A stretch of DNA of 64,000 bases, taken from positions 64,001 through 128,000 of the forward strand of contig JBAMMA010000001.1 in NCBI GenBank assembly GCA_039794005.1, read 5' to 3'. Source of the stretch: Thermoplasmata archaeon (lineage in GTDB: Archaea > Thermoplasmatota > Thermoplasmata > Thermoplasmatales > ARK-15). A program made the translations under genes and the position numbers. Below are positions 8,869-18,705 of the stretch, piece by piece; the stretch's first letter is position 1; each line of letters begins with the position of its first letter. A model generated the notes under the pieces. The model was not told the DNA's origin, ran no database searches, and saw only the letters and a list, made by a program, of their open reading frames with translations.

Positions 8869-10731
8869 ATGAACCCAATATACTATGAAATTTTAAAAAA
8901 GTATGGTGATGAAACAAAAAAACTTTCAGAAATAGAAAATGATCAATTTTTTGAATTTTTATGGAAATATATAGATATATTAAATCCTAAAAATATCTTT
9001 ATAGTTACCGACGATGAAAAAGACAAAGAATACATAAAAAATAAGGCATTAGAGGATAAGGAAGAAAGAAATCTAAAAAAGCCAAAACAAACATACCATT
9101 TTGATAATTATTATGATCAAGCAAGGGACAAGGAAAATACAAAGATATTGGTTCCTGGAAATGAAAAATTGCCATTTATAAATACAATGAATAGGGAAGA
9201 AGGCTTAAAAGAAATACATGAAAAGATGAAAAATATGATGAAGGATAGAACAATGTATATAGGCATATTCTCTCTGGGACCTTTGGATTCACCATTTTCT
9301 GAGCTAGCCGTTCAGCTGACAGATTCATCATATGTTATGCATAGTGAGATAATTTTATACAGAACAGCATTTGAAAAATTTAAGAAAAACAAAAATGTCA
9401 ACTTTTTAAAATTTGTACATGCTCAGGGTGAATTGGATGATAGAAAGACAAGTAAAAATTTAGCGAACAGGAGAATTTACTTTGATTTGGAAACAAACAC
9501 GGGATATGCGATAAACACTCAATATGCTGGTAATTCAGTTGGCTTGAAAAAGCCAGCATTCAGAATAACAATATCTAAGGCATTAAAAGAAGGTTGGCTA
9601 TCTGAACATATGTTTTTAATGGGAGTTAATGGACCAAATGGAAGGGTAACATATTTAACAGGAGCATTTCCTTCAATGTGTGGTAAAACATCCACGGTAA
9701 TGTTGCCAGGTGAAAGGTTGGTTGGAGATGACTTGGTATTTATTAAAGAGATAAATGGTGAAGCAAAATCAATAAACATAGAAAATGGAGTATTCGGAAT
9801 TATAGATGGTATAAATCAGAAAGACGATCCAATTATATGGAATGTTTTGCATGGTGATAATGAAGTTATATATTCAAATGTTCTGGTAAGTGATGGACAA
9901 CCATACTGGAATGGAATGGGAATACCAATCCCGGACAAGGGTGAAAATCACAGTGGAGAATGGTGGAAAGGCAAAAAAGATGCAGAAGGAAAAGAGATAC
10001 CCCCATCACATAAAAATGCAAGATTCACAGTATACTTATCTTCATTCCCAAATCTAGATAAAGGGGCATTGGAAGCAAAGGAAGGGGTTTCGGTTGGTGG
10101 AATGATTTTTGGAGGAAGAGATTCAGATACATGGCCCCCAGTAGTTGAGGCTTTTGATTGGAATCATGGTGTCTATAAAGGAGCATCGATAGAATCAGAA
10201 ACAACAGCAGCCTCTCTGGGAAAGGAGGGTGTTAGGACCTTCAATGCCATGTCAATAATGGAATTTCTGTCTGTTGATTTAGGTAAATATTTGAAAAATT
10301 ACATTGAATTTGGAAAGAAGCTTAACAAGAAGCCAAAAATATTTGCTGTTAACTATTTTCTCAGGGATAAGGATGGAAAATACCTAAATGACAAAAATGA
10401 CAAGGCTGTATGGATAAAATGGATGGAATTGAGAATTCATGGGGATGTATCGGCTATAAGAACACCAATTGGTTATATTCCAAAATATGAAGATCTTGTC
10501 CCATTATTTAAAAAACTTTTCAACAAAGAATATACAAAAGAGGACTATGAAAAGCAGTTCATGATAAGGGTACCGGAATTACTGAACAAGAATGAAAGAA
10601 TAAGGAAAATTTACATTGAAATAAAAACAACTCCAAAAGAAATATTCGAAGAATTGGACAAAGAGAAAAATGAGCTTGAAAAAATTAGAAAAGAGTATGG
10701 GGATTATATATCTCCATTTAAATTTTATTAA
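8869..10731 (+). CDS. pckG: GTP-dependent phosphoenolpyruvate carboxykinase
   Basis: YAGNSVGLKK, WLSEHM, GAFPSMCGKTS, VGDD, HKNARFT, FGGRD. Start set at ATG 8869. Confidence 0.93.
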   Translation: MNPIYYEILKKYGDETKKLSEIENDQFFEFLWKYIDILNPKNIFIVTDDEKDKEYIKNKALEDKEERNLKKPKQTYHFDNYYDQARDKENTKILVPGNEKLPFINTMNREEGLKEIHEKMKNMMKDRTMYIGIFSLGPLDSPFSELAVQLTDSSYVMHSEIILYRTAFEKFKKNKNVNFLKFVHAQGELDDRKTSKNLANRRIYFDLETNTGYAINTQYAGNSVGLKKPAFRITISKALKEGWLSEHMFLMGVNGPNGRVTYLTGAFPSMCGKTSTVMLPGERLVGDDLVFIKEINGEAKSINIENGVFGIIDGINQKDDPIIWNVLHGDNEVIYSNVLVSDGQPYWNGMGIPIPDKGENHSGEWWKGKKDAEGKEIPPSHKNARFTVYLSSFPNLDKGALEAKEGVSVGGMIFGGRDSDTWPPVVEAFDWNHGVYKGASIESETTAASLGKEGVRTFNAMSIMEFLSVDLGKYLKNYIEFGKKLNKKPKIFAVNYFLRDKDGKYLNDKNDKAVWIKWMELRIHGDVSAIRTPIGYIPKYEDLVPLFKKLFNKEYTKEDYEKQFMIRVPELLNKNERIRKIYIEIKTTPKEIFEELDKEKNELEKIRKEYGDYISPFKFY

Positions 10732-10733
10732 AT

Positions 10734-12134
10734 TTATACTTGGCTAGCATTCTCTTCAATTATTTTTTCTCTTGCTATTTCTTCCAAGGGAACATTTTTA
10801 GGTTCTGGTAGCCATATTGAAATGAATGCTCCTATTAATGCAATTAAAGCGAGTATTGTTAAAAGGGTTTTTAATCCTATTACTATTAACAATGTAGGGA
10901 ACAGTAGTGTACTAATAGCTGCTCCCAATTTGCCCGAAGCTGCAGATATACCGTGGGATGTTGTCCTATAATGTACTGGAAATACTTCTGCAGGAACTAT
11001 AAATGTTGTTGTGTTTGGACCAAGATCTATGAAAAAGAATGTTAATGAATAGAGAATAAAGGCGAGATCAATGGGTATAGTGAATCCCTCTACCTTTGTC
11101 CCTTTTACTATCATTAACGTTGAAATTAAAAAATACAAAAATGACATAGCGATAAATCCTAAGATCTGAAGTTTTTTTCTTCCGATTTTATCAATTAATG
11201 CAACAGCTGAGAAATATCCAAAGAATCCTACAAGGAAAGGAACTCCTGCTAGGAATACCTTCATCGGAAGGGTAGATGCAGAAATTATATTGGATACAAT
11301 TGGCCCTGAATATATTCCTGTTCCGTAAAAGGCAATATCCATCAAGAACCATGTTGATGATGTGACAAACAGAATATTACCATAATTTTTTAAGAATACT
11401 CTGAATGGATGTTTCTCAACCTTTACAGGATTAATAGATTGTGAACCACCTACTACTTCTTTTGCCCTTTTTGCTGTATCCTTATCGTTATTTACCAATA
11501 AGGAATACCTTGGTGTTTCTGGTAATTTTCTTCTTAGATATATAACAGCAATTGCTGGTATTGCACCAAATAATAGCATTACTCTCCATGCCAAATCGGG
11601 TGGAAGTAAAACTGCGCTGGCAATCCCAACAGCCACGGCTGTGACAGAGCCAATTCCTTGATTTGCAAACAAGAGAGCAAGAAGTTTACCTCTATCTTTT
11701 GTGTTTGAATATTCGCTCATTATTGTTGCTGAAACGGGGTAATCCCCACCGATACCAAGACCAAGAACAAATCTGAATATAAATAATTCCAAAAAGTTCG
11801 TTGAAATGGCGCTCAATATTGCACCTACTGCTAAAAGTGTTGCTTCAATTCCATATACCCTTTTTCTACCAAATCTATCTGCAATTGCTCCGAATACGAG
11901 TTGGCCAATAATTGCAGCAACAATAGCTGAGGATCCAAGAAGCGAAGCCTCAATGGTGTTAATATGGAAGCTCACACTGTAAGGCCCAGTAAGAAGGATA
12001 AGTACAATTCCAATTATGAAGAGATCATATGCGTCGGTGAAAAAACCCATGCCTGCCGTAAACCATACCTTTATATGGCCAAAGTTCAATCTCACAGAAT
12101 CTATGTCACTAAATATACCATTTTTTTCTACCAT
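10734..12134 (-). CDS. MFS phosphate:H+ symporter (Pho84/PHS family)
   Basis: GMGFFTDAYDLF, GIGGDYPVSATIMSE, GPNTTTFIVPAEVFP, HGISAASGKLGA; divergent from a PhoU-type regulator. Confidence 0.9.
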   Translation of the reverse strand: MVEKNGIFSDIDSVRLNFGHIKVWFTAGMGFFTDAYDLFIIGIVLILLTGPYSVSFHINTIEASLLGSSAIVAAIIGQLVFGAIADRFGRKRVYGIEATLLAVGAILSAISTNFLELFIFRFVLGLGIGGDYPVSATIMSEYSNTKDRGKLLALLFANQGIGSVTAVAVGIASAVLLPPDLAWRVMLLFGAIPAIAVIYLRRKLPETPRYSLLVNNDKDTAKRAKEVVGGSQSINPVKVEKHPFRVFLKNYGNILFVTSSTWFLMDIAFYGTGIYSGPIVSNIISASTLPMKVFLAGVPFLVGFFGYFSAVALIDKIGRKKLQILGFIAMSFLYFLISTLMIVKGTKVEGFTIPIDLAFILYSLTFFFIDLGPNTTTFIVPAEVFPVHYRTTSHGISAASGKLGAAISTLLFPTLLIVIGLKTLLTILALIALIGAFISIWLPEPKNVPLEEIAREKIIEENASQV

Positions 12135-12258
12135 TTTTTTTTATCACCAATTCATATAAAATTTAATTTTACTTAGTTTTGATTTATATAATCTATTTAC
12201 TTATATATAGAATATATAGAAAAAATAAAAATTATATACCAAAATTAATGTAGATTAA

Positions 12259-13245
12259 ATGATGTATGAATATAGAAAAGTTCAAAAAGTAGGTAATTCC
12301 ACGTATACGATATCCTTACCTAAAAATTGGTGTAATATGTATGGAATCAATGAAGGTAAGAATGTTTATTTAGAGATTGACGAAAGCGGTAGGTTAATAA
12401 TTAATCCATCTGAAAAGGAAGAAATTCCAAGTGAATTTGATTTATACATCAATAAAGAAGAAAAATCTTACATATTAAGAAAGTTAATATCAATCTACCT
12501 CTCAGGTTACAATACAATAAAAATTATACAAAAGCCTTATTTAGATTATGATACGAGAAAAACTATCGAAAAATTTCTATTCTATACGATAGGCATGGAG
12601 ATTCTTGAAGAGACAAAAGATATGATGATTCTTCATGATATATCTAATATTAATGAAATAAACTTAATAAAAATATTGAGAAGAATTCATCACATTTTAG
12701 AAAACATGTTAATTGATTTAATAAATATTTTAAAAAATTATGATGAAAATATTGCAAAGAACATTATAGAAAGGGATTTGTATGTCGATCGATCTTTGTG
12801 GGCAATATCAAAACAGATGTACAAGATTTTAAAAAATCCAGTATTGTCATTTGAAATGAATGTTAATCTTAAAACAGTAGTTAATATAAGATTCATAGGA
12901 AAGTATATGGAAAGAATAGCAGACCATATCGGGAACATCACGATGTTTATAAATTTGATGGAGAATAATGATAGAGAAAAGATATCAAATTATCTTAATG
13001 TTATTAAAAACAACATAGATTCAATTTTTTATTCATTTTTGAACTGTGATATTGAAAAAGCCAATGTTATAATAGAAAATACGATATCAATATGCAATGA
13101 AATAAAAAGTTTATATTCCAAGTTTAAAGACTTGAAAAATCCTCAAATAATACTTGCATACGAGAGCGTTTACAGGATAGGAATGTATACGATAGATTTT
13201 GCAGAAACAGTTATGGACGAATGCATTGATGTAAACAAAAAATGA
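12259..13245 (+). CDS. Archaeal phosphate uptake regulator (AbrB-like N-terminus + PhoU domains)
   Basis: RKVQKVGNSTYTISLPKNW, ERDLYVDR, ERIADH. Confidence 0.88.
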   Translation: MMYEYRKVQKVGNSTYTISLPKNWCNMYGINEGKNVYLEIDESGRLIINPSEKEEIPSEFDLYINKEEKSYILRKLISIYLSGYNTIKIIQKPYLDYDTRKTIEKFLFYTIGMEILEETKDMMILHDISNINEINLIKILRRIHHILENMLIDLINILKNYDENIAKNIIERDLYVDRSLWAISKQMYKILKNPVLSFEMNVNLKTVVNIRFIGKYMERIADHIGNITMFINLMENNDREKISNYLNVIKNNIDSIFYSFLNCDIEKANVIIENTISICNEIKSLYSKFKDLKNPQIILAYESVYRIGMYTIDFAETVMDECIDVNKK

Positions 13246-13301
13246 TTAAACAAATCTCCAGAAAATAAAATTAATATCTTTTTTTAATTAGGAAATAGAT
13301 A

Positions 13302-14459
13302 ATGTTTAAAAATAAAAGATTTATTTGGTTTACAATCGTTATTGTTTAGTCAACGGTATCTATGAGAATTGTTAATAATATGATAGTTACTACAATTCCT
13401 CTATTTTCTAAGTATGAATTGAATTTTTACAATGATGAAATAGGGATTTTAACATCTCTGACATTTTTAATGACTCTTATATCCACAAGCCTTATAAATC
13501 CTAGAATGAATGCAAGGCTTAGAAAAATAATTTATATTTTATCATCATTTTTAATTATATTAATTCTTTTAATGATTTTTTATTCAAATGGGATAACAAT
13601 TTGGATATTTTCATTAATTGCTGGATTTTCCTATGGATTAATAACACCGAATATAATAACATCAGCTTCAATGGTTGATGATAAATTATTAGCAGAACGT
13701 CTCTTAGCAATATATTCATTATCTCTTAGTTTATCCCTGGTTTTGGGGCCATATCTCGAAACATATCTTTTAAATTTTTATAATTACAGGTACATATTTC
13801 TTTTATTCATACCATTGGCAATTCCCTTATTTATATTCTCATTTTATTCCAATTTTCCGGAAGAAAAGAATGAAAAATACAGACTCAATGAAATAAACAA
13901 AAATTCATTATTTTCAGCTGTAATAAATGTTATGATTTATAATATCCCATTTTCAATAATAACTGTTTATGCATCTATATATGTTATAGAGATTTTTCAT
14001 TTATCAAGATCAATATCATATTCAGTATTCATTCCATTTTTCACCGTTTCATTTTTTACAAGACTTTACATGGCTATTAAACCATTTAAAAATCTTAGAA
14101 TTGCAATATCCATATCTACCTTTTTGACTGTGATAGGTATAATATTTCTTTCCTTCCCATTTAATATTTATACAATATTTATTTCCATGTCATTACTTGG
14201 AATTCCTCACGGAACAATGTATCCCATTTCTACAATAATTATTTCAAGATCAACCAAAATAGAGGAAAGGAATTCAATAAATTCATATTTTGTATCATTC
14301 GGTAATCTGATAATGGTAATCGTCCCACCATTGTATGGTTATTTATTCAATTATTTCGGATATAAACTGATGATTGCCACTTTGATAATACCCGTAATTA
14401 TTTTTTATTTAATTCTCTATATGAAATATTTCAATGAAAGTTACATGTTAAACAGATAG
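13302..14459 (+). CDS. MFS transporter; first TM helix interrupted by an in-frame TAG at 13347-13349 (possible pseudogene or N-truncated allele starting at 13362)
   Basis: Highly hydrophobic ORF 13362-14459; the in-frame upstream segment from ATG 13302 reads MFKNKRFIWFTIVIV*STVS-MRIVNNM. Confidence 0.75.
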
Positions 14460-14460
14460 G

Positions 14461-14545
14461 CGCCGGGGGTGAGATTTGAACTCACGCTCCCCTTTCGGAG
14501 AACAGGCTCTCCAGGCCTGCGCCTTGTCCGCTCGGCCACCCCGGC
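14461..14545 (-). tRNA. tRNA-Ser(GGA)
   Basis: Reverse complement GCCGGGG..anticodon loop CTGGAGA..long variable arm..GTTCAAATC..CCCCGGCG; G discriminator; full CCA not encoded. Confidence 0.95.
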
Positions 14546-14731
14546 TCAATAATGTTAAGAAAAAATTTTAAATATATTTTTCGATTTTGAAAAATTAAGA
14601 AATCTATAAAATTTGAAAATTTTAATATTAAAATTTTAATGTTTTTTCACTTTGTTAGATGTAAATTATTTTCCTAAAGTGAGGATTAAATCTAATAAGT
14701 TTAATTTATTTACTTAATGATGGTATAAAAT

Positions 14732-15331
14732 ATGAAGCTTGAATTAGGTATTAGAGCAAATGCTTTATATTCTTCTTATAATTATCTTGTATTTAAAATA
14801 AAAAATCGAAGAAAGGTCATTCTTCATGAAATGATTTATGGAAAATTTAAGGGAGTATTGGTAAAGAAACATTCTGATAATTTGGAAAATCTAAGGATAA
14901 AAATATCGAAAGCATATGAAAGATTAAAAAACCACAGGTTAAATTTTAACCATAAACTATCGATATTTTATTTAAACAATTATGATTTTATTTTTTTAGA
15001 CGATCTGAAAATAAAAAACATGGTTAGAAACAATATTTTATTAATAAACATAAAAAGAGAGTCCGGGAGCGAATCCATAAACATGATATCTCACAAAGCA
15101 AGAAATGCCTGTAAGGTAGTAAAAAGGGCATATTTCAAGGATACAGTTGAATATCTTGGAATTAATTCTCCATACATGGAATACATTTCTTCGAATATAT
15201 TATTAAATATTGTTAAGGATCGCATTGATATGTTTGTGAAAGGGAGACCTTTAAGCAAAAACATATCAAATAAAGATGAATTTTTCAAGCAAGCATTTAT
15301 GGTTGATCATAAAGAGCTTCTTGAAAGCTAA
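14732..15331 (+). pseudogene. Degenerate TnpB (IS200/IS605 OrfB) remnant
   Basis: KAYERLKNHRLNFNHKLS..NNYDFIFLDDLKIKNMVRN matches the TnpB bridge-helix/RuvC-II region, but the catalytic EDL reads DDL; no RuvC-I GIDxG motif, zinc finger or RuvC-III DxNA seen. Confidence 0.7.
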
Positions 15332-15379
15332 TGGCTTTAAATATATTATAATAAAAAATTTATAATTGGAAATTGATTT

Positions 15380-16390
15380 ATGGGTGAAATAAGAATGACA
15401 GAAATAAAGAAAAAGATTCCAAAAAGAATAAAGGGTGATAAAGAAGGTTTAAGGATGAGTACACCTCCTGAGATAGCGGAATATAGGGCAAAAAGATTGA
15501 GAAATGAATCCATTGCAGATTTGGGAGCAGGTGTCGGAGTTCAAGCATATTATTTTTCACTGTATTTTAAACATGTTTTAGCGGTAGAAAATAATGAAGA
15601 GAGATTTAAAATTTTGAAAAGAAACATGAAAATAAAGAAAAGAAAAAACGTTGAATTGATTTTTGGAGACGTGTTTGATGAAAACATTATAAAGGCTGTT
15701 GAAAAATATGATATAATATTTTCCGATCCGGCTAGGTTGAGAAAATCTGAGGTGTGGGATTTTTCGGATTTATCACCGAACCCGGTTTTAATAATTTCAA
15801 AGATAAAAGGAAAATCTTACTCTTTTGATTTGCCAGTATTATTCAATAAAGATCTAATTCCAAGGGAATGGGAAAGGGAATACATAAGTTTAAATGGTGA
15901 AATAAAAAGGTTGGCCGTTTATATAGGGGATATAAAAAATTATGAATTGAGTGCCCTTTTATTGCCCTACAATGAAAGAATAGTTTTCGATGAAACAATA
16001 CCAAGGGAGATTTCATTTTCAAACCATGTGTTTGATTACATCTACGAAATCGATCCCGCTATTAAATATTCAGAATTGATTCCTGAATTCCAAAATTTAT
16101 ATCCAGATGTTTACATTTTGGAAAATGGAAAGAAAAATTTATTTGCAACTGGGGAATTGAATTACGCCGACCCATTTTTTAAAAACACGTATAAGGTAGT
16201 ATTTGAATGCGAAGATAAGGATTGTTTGATAAATGAATTGATAAGAAATGACGCTAAAGAGGTATTTTTAAGATATTCTGTTGAAAATTATTACGAAGAA
16301 AAGGCAAAAATAGAGAAAAAATTAATCGGCAAATCCAAATTTTATATTTTTCAAATTTTTAATAAATTTTATGGCTGCATTAAGGAATAA
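15380..16390 (+). CDS. Class I SAM-dependent (probable RNA) methyltransferase, Tgs1/RsmD-like, with THUMP-like C-terminal region
   Basis: STPPEIAEYRAKR, IADLGAGVG motif I, FSDPAR motif IV, EYISLNGE, YIYEIDPA. Confidence 0.75.
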   Translation: MGEIRMTEIKKKIPKRIKGDKEGLRMSTPPEIAEYRAKRLRNESIADLGAGVGVQAYYFSLYFKHVLAVENNEERFKILKRNMKIKKRKNVELIFGDVFDENIIKAVEKYDIIFSDPARLRKSEVWDFSDLSPNPVLIISKIKGKSYSFDLPVLFNKDLIPREWEREYISLNGEIKRLAVYIGDIKNYELSALLLPYNERIVFDETIPREISFSNHVFDYIYEIDPAIKYSELIPEFQNLYPDVYILENGKKNLFATGELNYADPFFKNTYKVVFECEDKDCLINELIRNDAKEVFLRYSVENYYEEKAKIEKKLIGKSKFYIFQIFNKFYGCIKE

Positions 16391-16567
16391 TTATGATAGA
16401 GCCTCCTCTATTCCAGAGTCTAGCACGATCTCTTCCTGGTTTAATTCCTCCAATAGCCTTAATATTTCTTCTGCCTTTTTAGAAAGCTTTTCATCCAATA
16501 GATATTCTTCGAGGTCATAGATAGAGTGTGTCTTCATCCATTTTTTAACCTCATGCGGTATATTCAT
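16391..16567 (-). CDS. Small acidic hypothetical protein (58 aa), absent from the ORF track
   Basis: Translated by hand: MNIPHEVKKWMKTHSIYDLEEYLLDEKLSKKAEEILRLLEELNQEEIVLDSGIEEALS*. Strong GAGGTGA SD (16574-16580) and it exactly fills the gap. Confidence 0.8.
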   Translation of the reverse strand: MNIPHEVKKWMKTHSIYDLEEYLLDEKLSKKAEEILRLLEELNQEEIVLDSGIEEALS

Positions 16568-16584
16568 TTCAGGTCACCTCTTTG

Positions 16585-16620
16585 TATGACAATAGTCATA
16601 TCAAAATATGACTATTTATA
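16585..16620 (-). promoter_or_regulatory. Palindromic operator overlapping a TATA box upstream of the 58-aa ORF
   Basis: Perfect 11-bp inverted repeat AATAGTCATAT-caaa-ATATGACTATT (16591-16616), a second TATGAC-aata-GTCATA (16585-16600), and minus-strand TATAAATA at 16613-16620. Confidence 0.65.
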
Positions 16621-17169
16621 TTTTCCCCGTTTTTTAACCATATCATAAATTTCAATTGCTCTTATATAATCATTATAAGTGTTTATATTAAAAAATGTAA
16701 AGGGTGGAAATTTTTCGGCATCTATTGAAACAAACATATTCTTGTTTAAAAGGGATTTCATATCTTTTTCATCTGAGAATTTAATTGTTTCAGGATAATA
16801 TGCATGTAAAGGTTCAAAATATCCATTTTTCCACCTTGGAATGGATATCAAATCTTCAGGGTATCTTAAAAGCAATGAAATGCTATCACATGAAACAAAT
16901 GGCATATCTCCTCCAATTAAAATAATATTTTCATTATATGTTTCTATTACATTTTTTAAAACGTTTGATACCCCCTTTAATTCATAATCTATAATAACAG
17001 TTGCATTTTTAATATCTATTTCTTTATAAGAAGAGATTATTATTTTTTTAAAAATTTGGCACTGGATTAAATTCTCTACTATAATATCGATAATTCTTTT
17101 TCCATCGATGAACATAAAATGCTTATCTTTTAATCTTTTTGATTTTCCGATAGGAATTAATGCAATCAT
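16612..17169 (-). CDS. MobA-like NTP transferase (molybdenum cofactor guanylyltransferase family)
   Basis: KSKRL..DK, GGDMPF, EPLHAYY, FFNINT; the N-terminal LAGG loop is degenerate (IPIG). Confidence 0.75.
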   Translation of the reverse strand: MIALIPIGKSKRLKDKHFMFIDGKRIIDIIVENLIQCQIFKKIIISSYKEIDIKNATVIIDYELKGVSNVLKNVIETYNENIILIGGDMPFVSCDSISLLLRYPEDLISIPRWKNGYFEPLHAYYPETIKFSDEKDMKSLLNKNMFVSIDAEKFPPFTFFNINTYNDYIRAIEIYDMVKKRGKYK

Positions 17170-17705
17170 TCTATATAATTAAAATAATCCTTTTCCTCAT
17201 CGGTTTTTTCTGAACTGATTAACATCAGATTTTTATATTCCTTAGTTGTTTGATCAAATTCATAAAATAATTTTTTACCTATCAGAGATTCGACCTCTAA
17301 TTTATTCATTATTTTTATTGCAGAATCAATATCTTCATTTTTTAATAATATTATAAATTTATTTTCATATGAAAAAAATGATGCTAACCAAATTTTGATT
17401 TTTGTGTCCAATTCTAAAATTTTCATTAAAATATTATATTCCGGAGAATTCGATGGAATATTTTCTAATCGGCTCCAAAGAAAATTTAGGGTATCGGTAT
17501 TTACAGTATAGGCTTTATAAGATGCAAGCCATATCTCCAAAAATTTGTTGATTTCAATATATTTTTTAAACGCATCAATTATTTTTGAATTTGGTTTTTC
17601 TTTTTTCATTTCATTTTTTAAAAGATATGCCATCGATTCATCCAAATATTCCAGATCTTTTTCATTTATCCCATATTTGCTATATTTATTTTCCTTTTTC
17701 TCCAT
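17166..17705 (-). CDS. Hypothetical helical protein with an internal IWLAS repeat
   Basis: Translationally coupled ORF between mtnA and the mobA-like gene; GGAGGT SD. Confidence 0.75.
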   Translation of the reverse strand: MEKKENKYSKYGINEKDLEYLDESMAYLLKNEMKKEKPNSKIIDAFKKYIEINKFLEIWLASYKAYTVNTDTLNFLWSRLENIPSNSPEYNILMKILELDTKIKIWLASFFSYENKFIILLKNEDIDSAIKIMNKLEVESLIGKKLFYEFDQTTKEYKNLMLISSEKTDEEKDYFNYIE

Positions 17706-18705
17706 ATTTAATAACCTCCTTCAGGTCTTCAGGCCTCAATATTCCAAATTCAGTTATGAAACCGGTCACATACTTAGATGGAGTAACATCAAACGCAGGA
17801 TTATATGCATTAGATCCCACCGGAGCTATTCTTTTATCATTTATATATAATACTTCCCTTTCATCCCTTAATTCTATAGGTATCTCATCACCATTTTTTA
17901 TATTTGGATCAATTGTAGAAATAGGTGCAGCAACAAAGAAAGGTATTTCATTTTCATTTGCTAAAACTGCTTTTTCATAGGTACCTATTTTATTAGCAAA
18001 ATCTCCATTTATCGCTATTCTATCAGCACCCACTATAACAATATCAACCATGCCTTTTTTCATAACATATCCTGCAGCGTTATCAGCGATAATTTTATGA
18101 TCTATACCCTCCATTAATAATTCCCATGCTGTTAACTTAGCACCCTGAAGCCTAGGTCTTGTTTCATCTACCCATACAAAAACCTTTTTACCATTTTTCT
18201 TTGCTATTCTTATAGGGGCTAATGCTGTTCCTAAATCTAATACTGCCAATGCTCCAGCATTGCAATGTGTCAAAATTCTCATTCCATCTTTTATTAATTT
18301 ATCTCCATTCTCTCCTATTTTATATTCTTTATTTCTTATCATATTTGCATATTCCAAAGCCGACTTCACAGGATCTTTTCCTTCTTTGATATTTTTCATC
18401 ATATAATTTAAGGCATAAAATAGATCATATGCCGTTGGCCTGGATTTAGATATCACATTATATGCATCATCCAAATCTTTTTTCTGCAACATTGCCTGGG
18501 CCATTCCATATGCAGCCGCAACACCTATTGCTGGTGCACCTCTGACAACCATATCTTTAATTGCAAATGCGACGTCCTTGTAATCTTTAGCTACATAAAA
18601 TTCAATGCTATCTGGAATTTTCCTTTGATCTAAAAATACAACATTTTCCCCATCCATCCAAACACTTACAATATCCTTTTTTTCACCATTAATTATTATT
18701 TGCAT
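17686..18705 (-). CDS. mtnA: S-methyl-5-thioribose-1-phosphate isomerase (eIF2B-like)
   Basis: LDQR, MVVRGAPAIG, SRPTA, LTHCNAGALA, DETRPRLQGAKLT, GADRI, NKIGTY, NPAFDVTP. Confidence 0.9.
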   Translation of the reverse strand: MQIIINGEKKDIVSVWMDGENVVFLDQRKIPDSIEFYVAKDYKDVAFAIKDMVVRGAPAIGVAAAYGMAQAMLQKKDLDDAYNVISKSRPTAYDLFYALNYMMKNIKEGKDPVKSALEYANMIRNKEYKIGENGDKLIKDGMRILTHCNAGALAVLDLGTALAPIRIAKKNGKKVFVWVDETRPRLQGAKLTAWELLMEGIDHKIIADNAAGYVMKKGMVDIVIVGADRIAINGDFANKIGTYEKAVLANENEIPFFVAAPISTIDPNIKNGDEIPIELRDEREVLYINDKRIAPVGSNAYNPAFDVTPSKYVTGFITEFGILRPEDLKEVIKYGEKGK

